A DNA stretch of 64,000 bases from Candidatus Cloacimonadales bacterium (GTDB taxonomy: Bacteria > Cloacimonadota > Cloacimonadia > Cloacimonadales > DAONDQ01). Shown piece after piece: positions 28,209 to 37,800 of the stretch (position 1 is its first letter; every line of letters starts with the position of its first letter). Both the position numbers and the translations under genes were made by a program. The notes beneath the pieces were generated by a model. The model worked only from the letters and a program-made list of their open reading frames with translations. It searched no databases and had not been told where the DNA came from. Location: contig OY759316.1 of assembly GCA_963662275.1 (NCBI GenBank), positions 736,001 through 800,000 of the forward strand, read 5' to 3'.

Positions 28209-28351
28209 AAGATTCTTAATTAATTTTAGGCTTTAAATTTAACTAAGGAAACAAAGGAAGTGCGAAGTCCGAAGTACGATGTAAGAAAGAAGACAAGATA
28301 CCATAAGATTGGAATTATGGTTAACAACCGTCTGAAGGCGGAGCTACAACC

Positions 28352-28444
28352 AGCAGGAACGGCGTCCTACTCTACGAAGAAAGACAGTAGGATCGGCATC
28401 CTACTCCACGAAGATAGATAGCAAGAACGGAGTCTTACTCAACA
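28352..28444. repeat. 34-bp tandem repeat (3 copies) with internal hairpin, REP-like
   Basis: AGCAGGAACGGCGTCCTACTC / AGTAGGATCGGCATCCTACTC / AGCAAGAACGGAGTCTTACTC at 28352, 28386 and 28420. Confidence 0.75.
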
Positions 28445-28523
28445 ATAAAAAAAATCCTTGCTCAATTTATTAAAAATCTACATCTTGGAAAAATGAATAA
28501 AATTAAGATAAAAAGGAGTCATC

Positions 28524-30113
28524 ATGCAGAAATTACTTTTGTTAGGTGATGAGGCTTTGGCACAGGGAGCGCTTGATGCTGGAATGTCAGGGGTCTATGC
28601 ATATCCCGGAACGCCATCCACTGAAATCACAGAGTATATCCAGGAAAGCCAGGAAGCGATCGATCGTAATATTCACCGCACTTGGGCTTCCAATGAAAAA
28701 ACTGCTGTTGAAGCTGCAATCGGTATGTCTTATACGGGTAAACGTACGATGACTTGCATGAAGCATGTGGGTTTGAACGTAGCAGCTGATCCGTTTATGA
28801 ATTCTGCCTTTACAGGAGCCAATGGCGGTCTGATTATCACAGTTGCAGACGATCCTTCCATGCATTCATCCCAGAATGAACAGGATTCCCGCTTTTTTGC
28901 CAAGTTTGCCATGCTTCCCTGCCTGGAACCCTCGAATCAGCAGGAATGCTATGATGTGGCTTTTCATGCCTTTGATCTTTCTGAAAAGTATCATTTACCT
29001 GTGATGGTTCGTTTAACGACCCGTCTTTCCCATTCCCGGGCAGGTGTGGCTCGTAAGCCAATATTAGCTGAAAAGCCCTTAAAAATGCCTGAAGATCCCA
29101 ATCAATTCATCCTACTGCCGGCAATTGCCCGCAGAAAATATAAAGCTCTCCTTGCTGTGCAGGCTGAGCTAGAGAAAGAATCAGAAAATTCTCCCTTTAA
29201 TCATTATTATGACGGTACTGATAAATCCATCGGCATTATCGCCTGTGGTTTAGCCTACAACTATGTGATGGAGAATTTCCCTACGGGACGTTGCCCATAT
29301 CCTCTATTAAAAGTCTCCCAGTATCCCCTTCCCAGGAAGATGGTCACCCGTCTTTTTGACGAATGTGAAACGATCCTGGTTGCTGAAGAAGGTATGCCTG
29401 TCGTGGAAGAATTGCTAAAAGGTTATATGGGAAATCCTAAGACCATACATGGCAGATTGGACGGAACGATTCCCCGTGATGGTGAATTGAACCCCAATAT
29501 CATTGCCAAAGCCTTAGGCATGGAAAACAAGTTTGGTTTAGCCGTTCCTGAAGTCGTTGCTCCAAGACCGCCGATGCTTTGTGTCGGTTGTCCTCATTCT
29601 GATTCATTCTATGCATTGAATGATGCGCTTGAAGCTCATGGCAAGGGACATGTTTTCTCTGACATCGGCTGTTATACATTAGGTTTCCTGCCACCATACC
29701 ATGCCATTAATTCCTGCGTAGACATGGGTGCTTCCATCACGATGGCGAAAGGTGCTGCAGATGCAGGTTTCTTCCCATCTGTTGCCGTCATTGGTGATTC
29801 CACATTCTCACATTCCGGTTTAACTGGTTTGTTGGATGCCGTTTATGATAATTCCAATGTTGTCATTGTCATTTTAGATAATTCAACGACAGGAATGACC
29901 GGCGGTCAGGATTTCACAGCGTTTGGGAAATTAGAAGAGATTTGCCTCAGTATTGGCGTTCCACGTGAACACATTCGTGTTGTGAAGCCACTGAAGCAGC
30001 ATCACGATGAAATGGTGCAGGTTTTTAAAGAAGAAATTGCATATACAGGTGTTTCTGTGGTGATTCCCCGTCGGGAATGTCTGCAAGTCACACGTAAAAA
30101 ATATAAGGCATAG
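28524..30113 (+). CDS. iorA: Indolepyruvate:ferredoxin oxidoreductase alpha subunit
   Basis: YPGTPSTEI, MKHVGLNVAAD, DDPSMHSSQNEQD, RPPMLCVGCPH, GDSTF TPP-binding motif. Confidence 0.93.
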   Translation: MQKLLLLGDEALAQGALDAGMSGVYAYPGTPSTEITEYIQESQEAIDRNIHRTWASNEKTAVEAAIGMSYTGKRTMTCMKHVGLNVAADPFMNSAFTGANGGLIITVADDPSMHSSQNEQDSRFFAKFAMLPCLEPSNQQECYDVAFHAFDLSEKYHLPVMVRLTTRLSHSRAGVARKPILAEKPLKMPEDPNQFILLPAIARRKYKALLAVQAELEKESENSPFNHYYDGTDKSIGIIACGLAYNYVMENFPTGRCPYPLLKVSQYPLPRKMVTRLFDECETILVAEEGMPVVEELLKGYMGNPKTIHGRLDGTIPRDGELNPNIIAKALGMENKFGLAVPEVVAPRPPMLCVGCPHSDSFYALNDALEAHGKGHVFSDIGCYTLGFLPPYHAINSCVDMGASITMAKGAADAGFFPSVAVIGDSTFSHSGLTGLLDAVYDNSNVVIVILDNSTTGMTGGQDFTAFGKLEEICLSIGVPREHIRVVKPLKQHHDEMVQVFKEEIAYTGVSVVIPRRECLQVTRKKYKA

Positions 30114-30122
30114 GAGGATATC

Positions 30123-30713
30123 ATGAAAAAAGACATTATACTTGCTGGTGTTGGCGGACAAGGTATCCTGACGATTGCCACAGTGATTGGTTCTGCTGCT
30201 GTTGATGCTGGTTTATATATCAAACAGGCAGAAGTACATGGAATGAGTCAACGTGGGGGAGATGTGCAATCCCACCTGCGTCTGTCAGATAAAATGATCT
30301 ATTCAGACTTGATCCCTTTTGGGGGAGCGGATATCATTTTATCCGTGGAGCCGATGGAATCCCTGCGTTATTTACCTTACCTCGCGAAAGATGGCTGGTT
30401 GATCACGAATACTACCCCTTTCAACAACATTGCGAAATATCCTGAGATGGAAAATGTCATCACAGCTATAGAAAAAATTCCTCACCAGATCATGCTGAAT
30501 GCGGATGAAATAGCAAAGAGCCTGAATGCTGCACGTTCCATGAATATGGTCATGCTGGGTGCATCCTCCCATTATCTTGACATCTCTGCGGAAAAGTTAG
30601 AAGAGGGAATTAGGGCAGTATTTGAAGAAAAAGGTGAGAAAATCATAGAAAGCAATATCCTTGCGTTTCGCGCCGGTAGAGAATTTGCTGCAACTGCTTT
30701 AAAAAGCGAATAA
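30123..30713 (+). CDS. iorB: Indolepyruvate:ferredoxin oxidoreductase beta subunit
   Basis: GVGGQG, EVHGMSQRGG, NMVMLGA; adjacent to iorA. Confidence 0.93.
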   Translation: MKKDIILAGVGGQGILTIATVIGSAAVDAGLYIKQAEVHGMSQRGGDVQSHLRLSDKMIYSDLIPFGGADIILSVEPMESLRYLPYLAKDGWLITNTTPFNNIAKYPEMENVITAIEKIPHQIMLNADEIAKSLNAARSMNMVMLGASSHYLDISAEKLEEGIRAVFEEKGEKIIESNILAFRAGREFAATALKSE

Positions 30714-30726
30714 GGAGAAAAAATTC

Positions 30727-32250
30727 GTGGCTAAACAGGTCAGAACTGCTATAGAACCCACTCGTGAACAGAACTATGCGGAATGGTATCAACAGGTCAT
30801 TAAAGCTGCTGAACTTGCAGAAAACAGTGATGTACGCGGTTGCATGGTCATTAAACCCTGGGGCTTTGCCATTTGGGAAAATATACAAAGAGTTTTAGAT
30901 GAGATGTTTCGTGAGACAGGTCATAAAAATGCCTATTTCCCTATCTTTATACCAAAAAGCTTCTTTGAAAAGGAAGCAGAACACGTGGAAGGATTTGCCA
31001 AGGAATGTGCGATTGTTACCCATTCCCGTTTGGAAGATGATGGAAAAGGCGGATTAAAAGTCGCCGGAGAACTTGCGGAACCGTATATTGTACGTCCGAC
31101 AAGTGAAACCATTATAGGTGCGTCATTTGCACGTTGGGTCAATTCCTATCGGGATTTACCGCTTCTTATCAATCAATGGGCAAATGTGGTTCGCTGGGAA
31201 CTTCGGACACGTTTATTTTTGCGTACTGCAGAATTCTTATGGCAAGAAGGACATACTGTTCATGCCACAAGTGAGGAAGCAGTTGTCGAGACGATGAAGA
31301 TGCTTGATGTTTATGCCACATTTGCAGAGGAATATCTCGCTCTTCCAGTGATCAAAGGTGAAAAGACAGATTCAGAAAGATTTCCAGGGGCAATTGCCAC
31401 ATATTGCATTGAATCCATGATGCAGGATAGGAAAGCATTGCAATCCGGTACTTCCCATTTTCTCGGACAGAACTTTGCCAAATCTTCACAGATCAAGTTC
31501 CAAAGTCAAACCGGTGATGTGGAATATGCCTGGACTACATCCTGGGGTGTTTCAACACGCTTAATCGGTGCCTTGATCATGGCTCACAGCGATGATAACG
31601 GTATGGTGATTCCACCACGCATTGCACCTGCACATATCGCTTTGATTCCAATCTATAAAAATGATGAGGAAAAAGTAGAAGTCATGAGTTTCGTCAAGGA
31701 ACTTGGAGAAAAACTACATAGTATTCGTTATCTTGAACAGAAACTGCGAATCGAAATTGATAATCGTGATATGACATCCAGCGAAAGAAGCTGGAGTTGG
31801 ATCAAGCACGGTATTCCTTTACGAGTCGAGATCGGGATGCGTGACCTGGCATCTGGAACTGTCATGGTTGGACGTCGTGACCAGGATTCTAAAGATAAGA
31901 AATCCATGTCTGTTGAAGAGCTATTGACACAAGTATTAGATATACTTGAAGATATTCAGAAAACGATTTATGAACGCGCCTTGGCATTTAGAAGTATAAA
32001 TACTCACAAAATAGACGACTATGAGCAATTTAAAGCCTTCTATACACCCAAAAACAGCAACGAACCTGAAATTCATGGTGGGTTTGCTAGTTCTCATTGG
32101 TGTGGAGATGGTGCTTGCGAAACCAAGATCAAAGAAGATCTGAAAGTTACCGTTCGGTGTATTCCTTTGGATGCTGTACTCGAAGATGGAATCTGTATTT
32201 GCTGCGGAAAACCATCCAAACGTCGCGTGATTTTCGCTAAAAGTTATTGA
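30727..32250 (+). CDS. proS: Proline--tRNA ligase (archaeal/eukaryotic-like type with C-terminal Zn domain)
   Basis: VRPTSET, FLRTAEFLWQEGH, GTSHFLGQNF, SWGVSTR, C-terminal CICCG..FAKSY. Confidence 0.97.
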   Translation: MAKQVRTAIEPTREQNYAEWYQQVIKAAELAENSDVRGCMVIKPWGFAIWENIQRVLDEMFRETGHKNAYFPIFIPKSFFEKEAEHVEGFAKECAIVTHSRLEDDGKGGLKVAGELAEPYIVRPTSETIIGASFARWVNSYRDLPLLINQWANVVRWELRTRLFLRTAEFLWQEGHTVHATSEEAVVETMKMLDVYATFAEEYLALPVIKGEKTDSERFPGAIATYCIESMMQDRKALQSGTSHFLGQNFAKSSQIKFQSQTGDVEYAWTTSWGVSTRLIGALIMAHSDDNGMVIPPRIAPAHIALIPIYKNDEEKVEVMSFVKELGEKLHSIRYLEQKLRIEIDNRDMTSSERSWSWIKHGIPLRVEIGMRDLASGTVMVGRRDQDSKDKKSMSVEELLTQVLDILEDIQKTIYERALAFRSINTHKIDDYEQFKAFYTPKNSNEPEIHGGFASSHWCGDGACETKIKEDLKVTVRCIPLDAVLEDGICICCGKPSKRRVIFAKSY

Positions 32251-32324
32251 TTATCTGCTTCATCGCAGAAAGGAAGATACATTCATCAATACCATGAGAC
32301 CAGATTGGGTAAGCGGGACATTAC

Positions 32325-33560
32325 ATGATTCGTGATAATATCCAGATATGCTGTATCACGATTGGTAATGAGATACTTCTAGGAAAGACAGTTAACACCA
32401 ATCTGGCTTTCATAGGTAGAGAACTGACCAGGATTGGTTTGGTTTTAACCAGTTCAATCACGATACCCGATGATGCTGATGTTATTCGTGAAACTCTCTC
32501 TGATGCCTGGCAGATGAACGACATTGTTATTACGACTGGTGGTTTGGGACCAACGTCTGATGACATTACAAAGAAAGTAATAGCTCAATTTTTCGGTAAA
32601 GAATTGGAGTTTTCTGAGAGAATCTGGGAAAATGTTCAGGGTATTTTTCAAAGAAGAGGGATTTTAATACCAAATATAAACAGAAACCAGGCAGAAGTTC
32701 CACACGACTTTACTCCTTTAACAAATAACTATGGAACCGCTCCAGGGTTGTATTATGAAGAGGCTGGGAAACAGTTCTTCGCTCTTCCGGGCGTTCCTTT
32801 GGAAATGAAATATTTAATTTTAGAGCAAGTAATTCCTATTTTACACGATAAATATCCTCGTTCACCGCTCCTAGTGCTTACGATTCATACATTTGGTATT
32901 GCTGAATCTGCCATTGCAGAAATGCTTTCAGACCTAGTTATTCCTGATGGGTTAAACCTGGCATATTTACCACAGACAGGAAGAGTGGATCTACGTATCT
33001 ATGGTTCCAACCAGGAAGCATTTGAGAATGTTGGTATGTATCTGGAGACAATACTTCAACCCTATATTTGGGGAATAGATAATGATGAACCGGATGCAAT
33101 ATTGCATAAAATTATGTTGAGTTCCGGGAAAACACTGTCTCTAGCTGAATCATGTACCGGCGGATTAGTACAGGAAATGATTACCAGGCATGCTGATTCT
33201 TCCAGGTATTTTATGGGGGGAGTTGTATCATATAGCAACACAGTTAAGAAGGAGCTGCTTCAGGTTTCGTCACAAGATTTGGAGTTTCATGGTGCTGTAA
33301 GTCATGAGGTTGCAATTGCCATGGCAAAGGGTATCCAAAAACTCTTAAAAACAGATATTGGAGCAAGTATAACTGGCATAGCAGGTCCATCCGGTGGAAC
33401 AGAGGAAAAACCTGTAGGTACCGTTCATATTGCTGTTACCGATGGCAGACAAATAAATCATGAGGAAATGCATTTTAGCGGAGATCGCGATTCTATCAGG
33501 AAGAAATCGGCTGAAAAGTGTATTTTTATGATCTATAATATGATAAAGAACATGGCTTGA
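32325..33560 (+). CDS. cinA: CinA family protein (MoCF domain plus NMN deamidase PncC domain)
   Basis: GNEILLG..NTN, GGLGPTSDD, AESCTGG, GAVS, TGIAGP.GG. Confidence 0.93.
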   Translation: MIRDNIQICCITIGNEILLGKTVNTNLAFIGRELTRIGLVLTSSITIPDDADVIRETLSDAWQMNDIVITTGGLGPTSDDITKKVIAQFFGKELEFSERIWENVQGIFQRRGILIPNINRNQAEVPHDFTPLTNNYGTAPGLYYEEAGKQFFALPGVPLEMKYLILEQVIPILHDKYPRSPLLVLTIHTFGIAESAIAEMLSDLVIPDGLNLAYLPQTGRVDLRIYGSNQEAFENVGMYLETILQPYIWGIDNDEPDAILHKIMLSSGKTLSLAESCTGGLVQEMITRHADSSRYFMGGVVSYSNTVKKELLQVSSQDLEFHGAVSHEVAIAMAKGIQKLLKTDIGASITGIAGPSGGTEEKPVGTVHIAVTDGRQINHEEMHFSGDRDSIRKKSAEKCIFMIYNMIKNMA

Positions 33561-33570
33561 GGAGTAAATT

Positions 33571-34830
33571 TTGAGGATTCTTATCATTGGTAGCGGTGCC
33601 AGGGAACATGCTATAGCTGATGCCTTTAATAGAAGTCCCAAAGTACAAAAGATATTTGTGAGCCCTGGAAATGCAGGAATCAAAAAGAATTATTCATTAT
33701 TGCCATTCGTTTCATTTGAAGAGATAGTGACCCAAGTCACGGAGAATCAGATAGATATCGTATTCATTGGACCAGAGCATTATCTTGCTGATGGAATTGT
33801 AGATTATTTAGAAAAGAATAAAATCAAGGTCATTGGTCCAAGCCAAAAAGCATCCCGACTAGAATCGAGTAAGATTTTTGCCAAGAATCTGATGCAGAAA
33901 TTACATATACCAACAGCATTTCATCGAGAATTTCATAATTTAGATGAAGCGCTGCTTTATTCAGTTCATTGTTCCTATCCTCAAGTCATCAAAGCGGATG
34001 GATTGGCAGCAGGGAAAGGTGTTAGAATTGTACAAAATCCGATAGAGGCAAAATATTTTCTAGACGAATTGATGAATTCTAATAAATATGGCAATGCAGG
34101 TAATTCTGTGATCATGGAAGAATTCTTAGAAGGTTGGGAGGCCTCTGTATTTGCATTTTGCGATGGCTTACATTTTCAAACTACAATTTTTGCCCAGGAT
34201 CATAAGCGGCTTTTAGACAACGACATGGGACCTAATACAGGGGGGATGGGTGCATATGCACCAGTTTTAGCTGCCGAAGTCTATCGAAGCCAGGTGGAAG
34301 ATATAATTTTCAAACCGATTTTTAATGAACTTTCTGCAGAAGGTTACCCTTTCAAGGGAATCTTATATGCAGGTTTAATGATAACGAAACAGGGTCCCAA
34401 AGTTGTCGAATTTAATTGTCGACTGGGAGATCCTGAAACGGAAGTAATATTGCCTTTACTAAAAACAGATATTTACGAGATTTGTACCAGAATTCTCCAA
34501 TGTGAGATGGACTCTATTACTTTAGAATGGAATTCTGGTTTTGCTGTTGGTGTCGTTGCAGCAGCAGCCGGTTATCCAGAAGTATACGAAAAAGGGGCTG
34601 AAATTCAGATTTTAGGTAAATTAGATACAGATACTCATCTCTATTATGCTGGAGTATCGAGTTACGATGATAAACTTGTTACGAATGGCGGACGTGTGTT
34701 ATGTTTGACTGCACTGGCAGAAGATATGGATACAGCTATTGCCAAGGTCTATAAGAATTTACAAATGATTCATTTTGATCATTGGCAGTATCGTCATGAT
34801 ATAGCTTCAAAATGGGAAAAATTAGGTTAA
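33571..34830 (+). CDS. purD: Phosphoribosylamine--glycine ligase (TTG start)
   Basis: GSGAREHA, KADGLAAGKGV, QDHKR...GPNTGGMG, EFNCRLGDPE, TNGGRV. Confidence 0.96.
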   Translation: MRILIIGSGAREHAIADAFNRSPKVQKIFVSPGNAGIKKNYSLLPFVSFEEIVTQVTENQIDIVFIGPEHYLADGIVDYLEKNKIKVIGPSQKASRLESSKIFAKNLMQKLHIPTAFHREFHNLDEALLYSVHCSYPQVIKADGLAAGKGVRIVQNPIEAKYFLDELMNSNKYGNAGNSVIMEEFLEGWEASVFAFCDGLHFQTTIFAQDHKRLLDNDMGPNTGGMGAYAPVLAAEVYRSQVEDIIFKPIFNELSAEGYPFKGILYAGLMITKQGPKVVEFNCRLGDPETEVILPLLKTDIYEICTRILQCEMDSITLEWNSGFAVGVVAAAAGYPEVYEKGAEIQILGKLDTDTHLYYAGVSSYDDKLVTNGGRVLCLTALAEDMDTAIAKVYKNLQMIHFDHWQYRHDIASKWEKLG

Positions 34831-34845
34831 CTCCTGGAGAGATAC

Positions 34846-37800
34846 ATGAATAAGCATCTTTTAGTATTAATCAGCTTTGTTCTGTTTGTAACGTGTTTGT
34901 TTGCGAAGCCATTTACGATCATTTCGCAAAATGCAGACCATATAACTTTAAAATTCATTCTTCCAAAATATCAGTTAAAAACAATCCAACTATCAGGAAT
35001 TGATTATCAAACGATTCAAGCAGATGGTTCCTCTTATCTATGTGATGAAGGGAAGCCTTTATTACCATATTATGCTGAAGTGATAGGTATTCCAGTAGAT
35101 GGAGATATCAGTTTTAATATCCTCAGCCAAAAAACAGAAATACTCCGCAATGTGATGATTCAGCCTGCTGATCGGATGAAAGTTGATGAAAATGGAGTAT
35201 CGAATTCGTTTTATAAGGACATAAGCACCTATCACAGCAATGCCACATATCCAGGGCAGATATTGATGAAACGTGAAACGGCATTTATTGGGGATAGGCA
35301 TATGATACCAATTCATTTGATTCCATTTCAATATAAAACTGCCCTAAAAGAACTCACAATAGTAACTGAAATGATCTTTGATATTCAAATCAATGGTTCT
35401 AAAGCAGAGACAAGAGGATGGACAACTTCGAAAAATAAAATTGATGCCGTAGCTGATTCATTATTTCTCAATAATGAATTCTCCAAGAAATGGAGAAAAC
35501 CCAAAGATGTAGCTCAGAATTATATAGCATCACGCGATGCTAGTGATCAGATCAGTACTGTGAAGTTGATAGTGAATAAAGAAGGAATTTACAAGATCAC
35601 TTATTCATATTTGAAATCACAAATTGAAATGCTCCAAGATTCACTAGGGATAACATTAGCGTGGAATATAGATGAGTTAAATCCTCGATACTTGGAATTG
35701 TCAAATCATGGAAGCCCAGTACCTATCCATTTCCAAGGAGAATCAGATGGTAGATTTAATACGAATGATTATTTTGAATTCTATGGAGATATGAATCATG
35801 GTCAAACCTCATATTTTGATAGTTACACAGATGGAAATGTCTTTCAACTGAAATTATCAAATGACTTTGGTGCCCGGATGGTAGTAGAAAATGGTGGATT
35901 GGTTTCAAATTCGGCTCATTATACAATTCCTGATGCTTTTGAATCTACGATACATCTTGAGCAACAACAGGTTATGGATAAGTTAGGGAATATGTATACT
36001 ACTGATAATCATTATTATCGAGAAGATAATTGGTTTTGGCGTAAGATTACAGCTCCCAATTTAGAAATTATTCCATTCCAGTTACAATATCCTAAAGATT
36101 CATCGATTCGGGGATTCCAAGCCAAAATATCTCTTGTTGGTATTACCTATAATGAAAGTCTTCAACCATCCGAAAATGATCATCATGCACTGGTTAGAAT
36201 CAACAATGCATTAATTTCTTCCCGAAATTGGCGGAATCAGAATGAACAGATCTTTGCGAATTCGCAGCCATTGGCTAATGCATATCTGAGAAACGGCACA
36301 AATACATTATTCATTGATTTACCTGGAGATACTGCTCAAGGTGATCGTGAACAGATAGCACTTGACTATGCTGAAATTAAGTATTGGCGTCTATACAAAA
36401 CATCAGTGGATTATATCAAATTTTCTAAACCATCTTGGCAACCGGCAAAACTTTTTCAATTTACTTTAGATGGTTTCAGCAATGATCAGATTTCCATCTA
36501 TAAAATCGGTTCCAGTATTATGAATAATCTTCAGATCGAACCGTTTACAATAAGTGGAGGGGCACCCTATAAAGTCACTTTCCAGGATAGTGTAAATTCA
36601 AATGATGTTTGGTTTTATGCGATAACGGAAAATAACAAACTGTTACCATCAAAGGTGGGTATTGATTATCCTTCAGATTTACTGAATCCTGCGAACGCTG
36701 CAGACTGTCTTATTGTGACAGCACGTGATTTTATGAATAATGAAGGTACACTCCTCTATCAACAGCTTTGGGAACAATTAAATCATACTGTAAAGATTGT
36801 TGATATTCAGGATATTTATGATGAGTTTAATTATGGCATAAAATCTCCTGATGCACTAAAAGATTTTATTCGCTATGCTTATAACAATTGGAGTGCTCCC
36901 CAACTTGGATATATCTTGTTATTGGGAGAAGGAACAGATGACGAACGTGATTTCAGTGATACAGAGCCTTTTAATATCATACCTGTAAAAAAATTATGGA
37001 CTTCAAAACATGGAGCTACCGCAAGTGATAATTGGTATGCTTGTATTGTGGGTGAAGATCAAATAGCTGATTTAGCAATATCGAGAATTAATGTTTGGAA
37101 AAATGAACAAATACTACCAATTGCACAAAAATCACAAAAGTATATCAATACTCCCTATACTACTGATTTATGGTATGGACAGGCAATAATGGCTTCAGGT
37201 GGAAGTACTTCAGAGGGTGGAGATATTTTTGCGCAACAATGTGAAGAGACTAGAAAAACAACTATTCCAGCGGATTATTATGTATCAAGGGTTTATGCAG
37301 CAACATCTCCAGCATTATCTCAATATTTCGGAGGAACTCAAGAGTTAAAAGATAAAATTAACCAAGGTACAACTTTTCTTCAATTCATGGGGCATGGAGG
37401 AGGACGTATCTGGGCTGACTATAATCTATTCGATTTTAATGAAGTAGCTACCTTGAACAATCATGTATATCCTTTTGTTAGTAGTCTTGCATGTTATTGT
37501 AACTCATTTGACACAAAGGGAGTATCCTCGATAGGTGAAGCATTTGTTATGCAAACTGATAAAGGTGCCATTGGTTCTATAGGATTTACTGGTTTGGGAT
37601 ATTTATATCAGGACTTAGATTTCAGTTTGGCTTTATCAGAAGGTATGTTCAAATATGATTTTGCTACTATTGGAGATATCATTCAATATACAAAGGCAAG
37701 ATTCTTTTCTACAAGTTATGGAGCTGCATTGGATGCTTTAACTATGGGATCTGCAGAAATAGGTGATCCCATGATTCGAATAAAAAAACCTATTAAAATC

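Noticed and set aside
28352..28444. 34-bp repeats as a mini-CRISPR
   Set aside because: Units are directly tandem, with about 13-nt similar linkers and no cas genes.
30727..32250. Archaeal/eukaryotic-type ProRS as a novel horizontal transfer
   Set aside because: This ProRS type is well known across many bacterial phyla.
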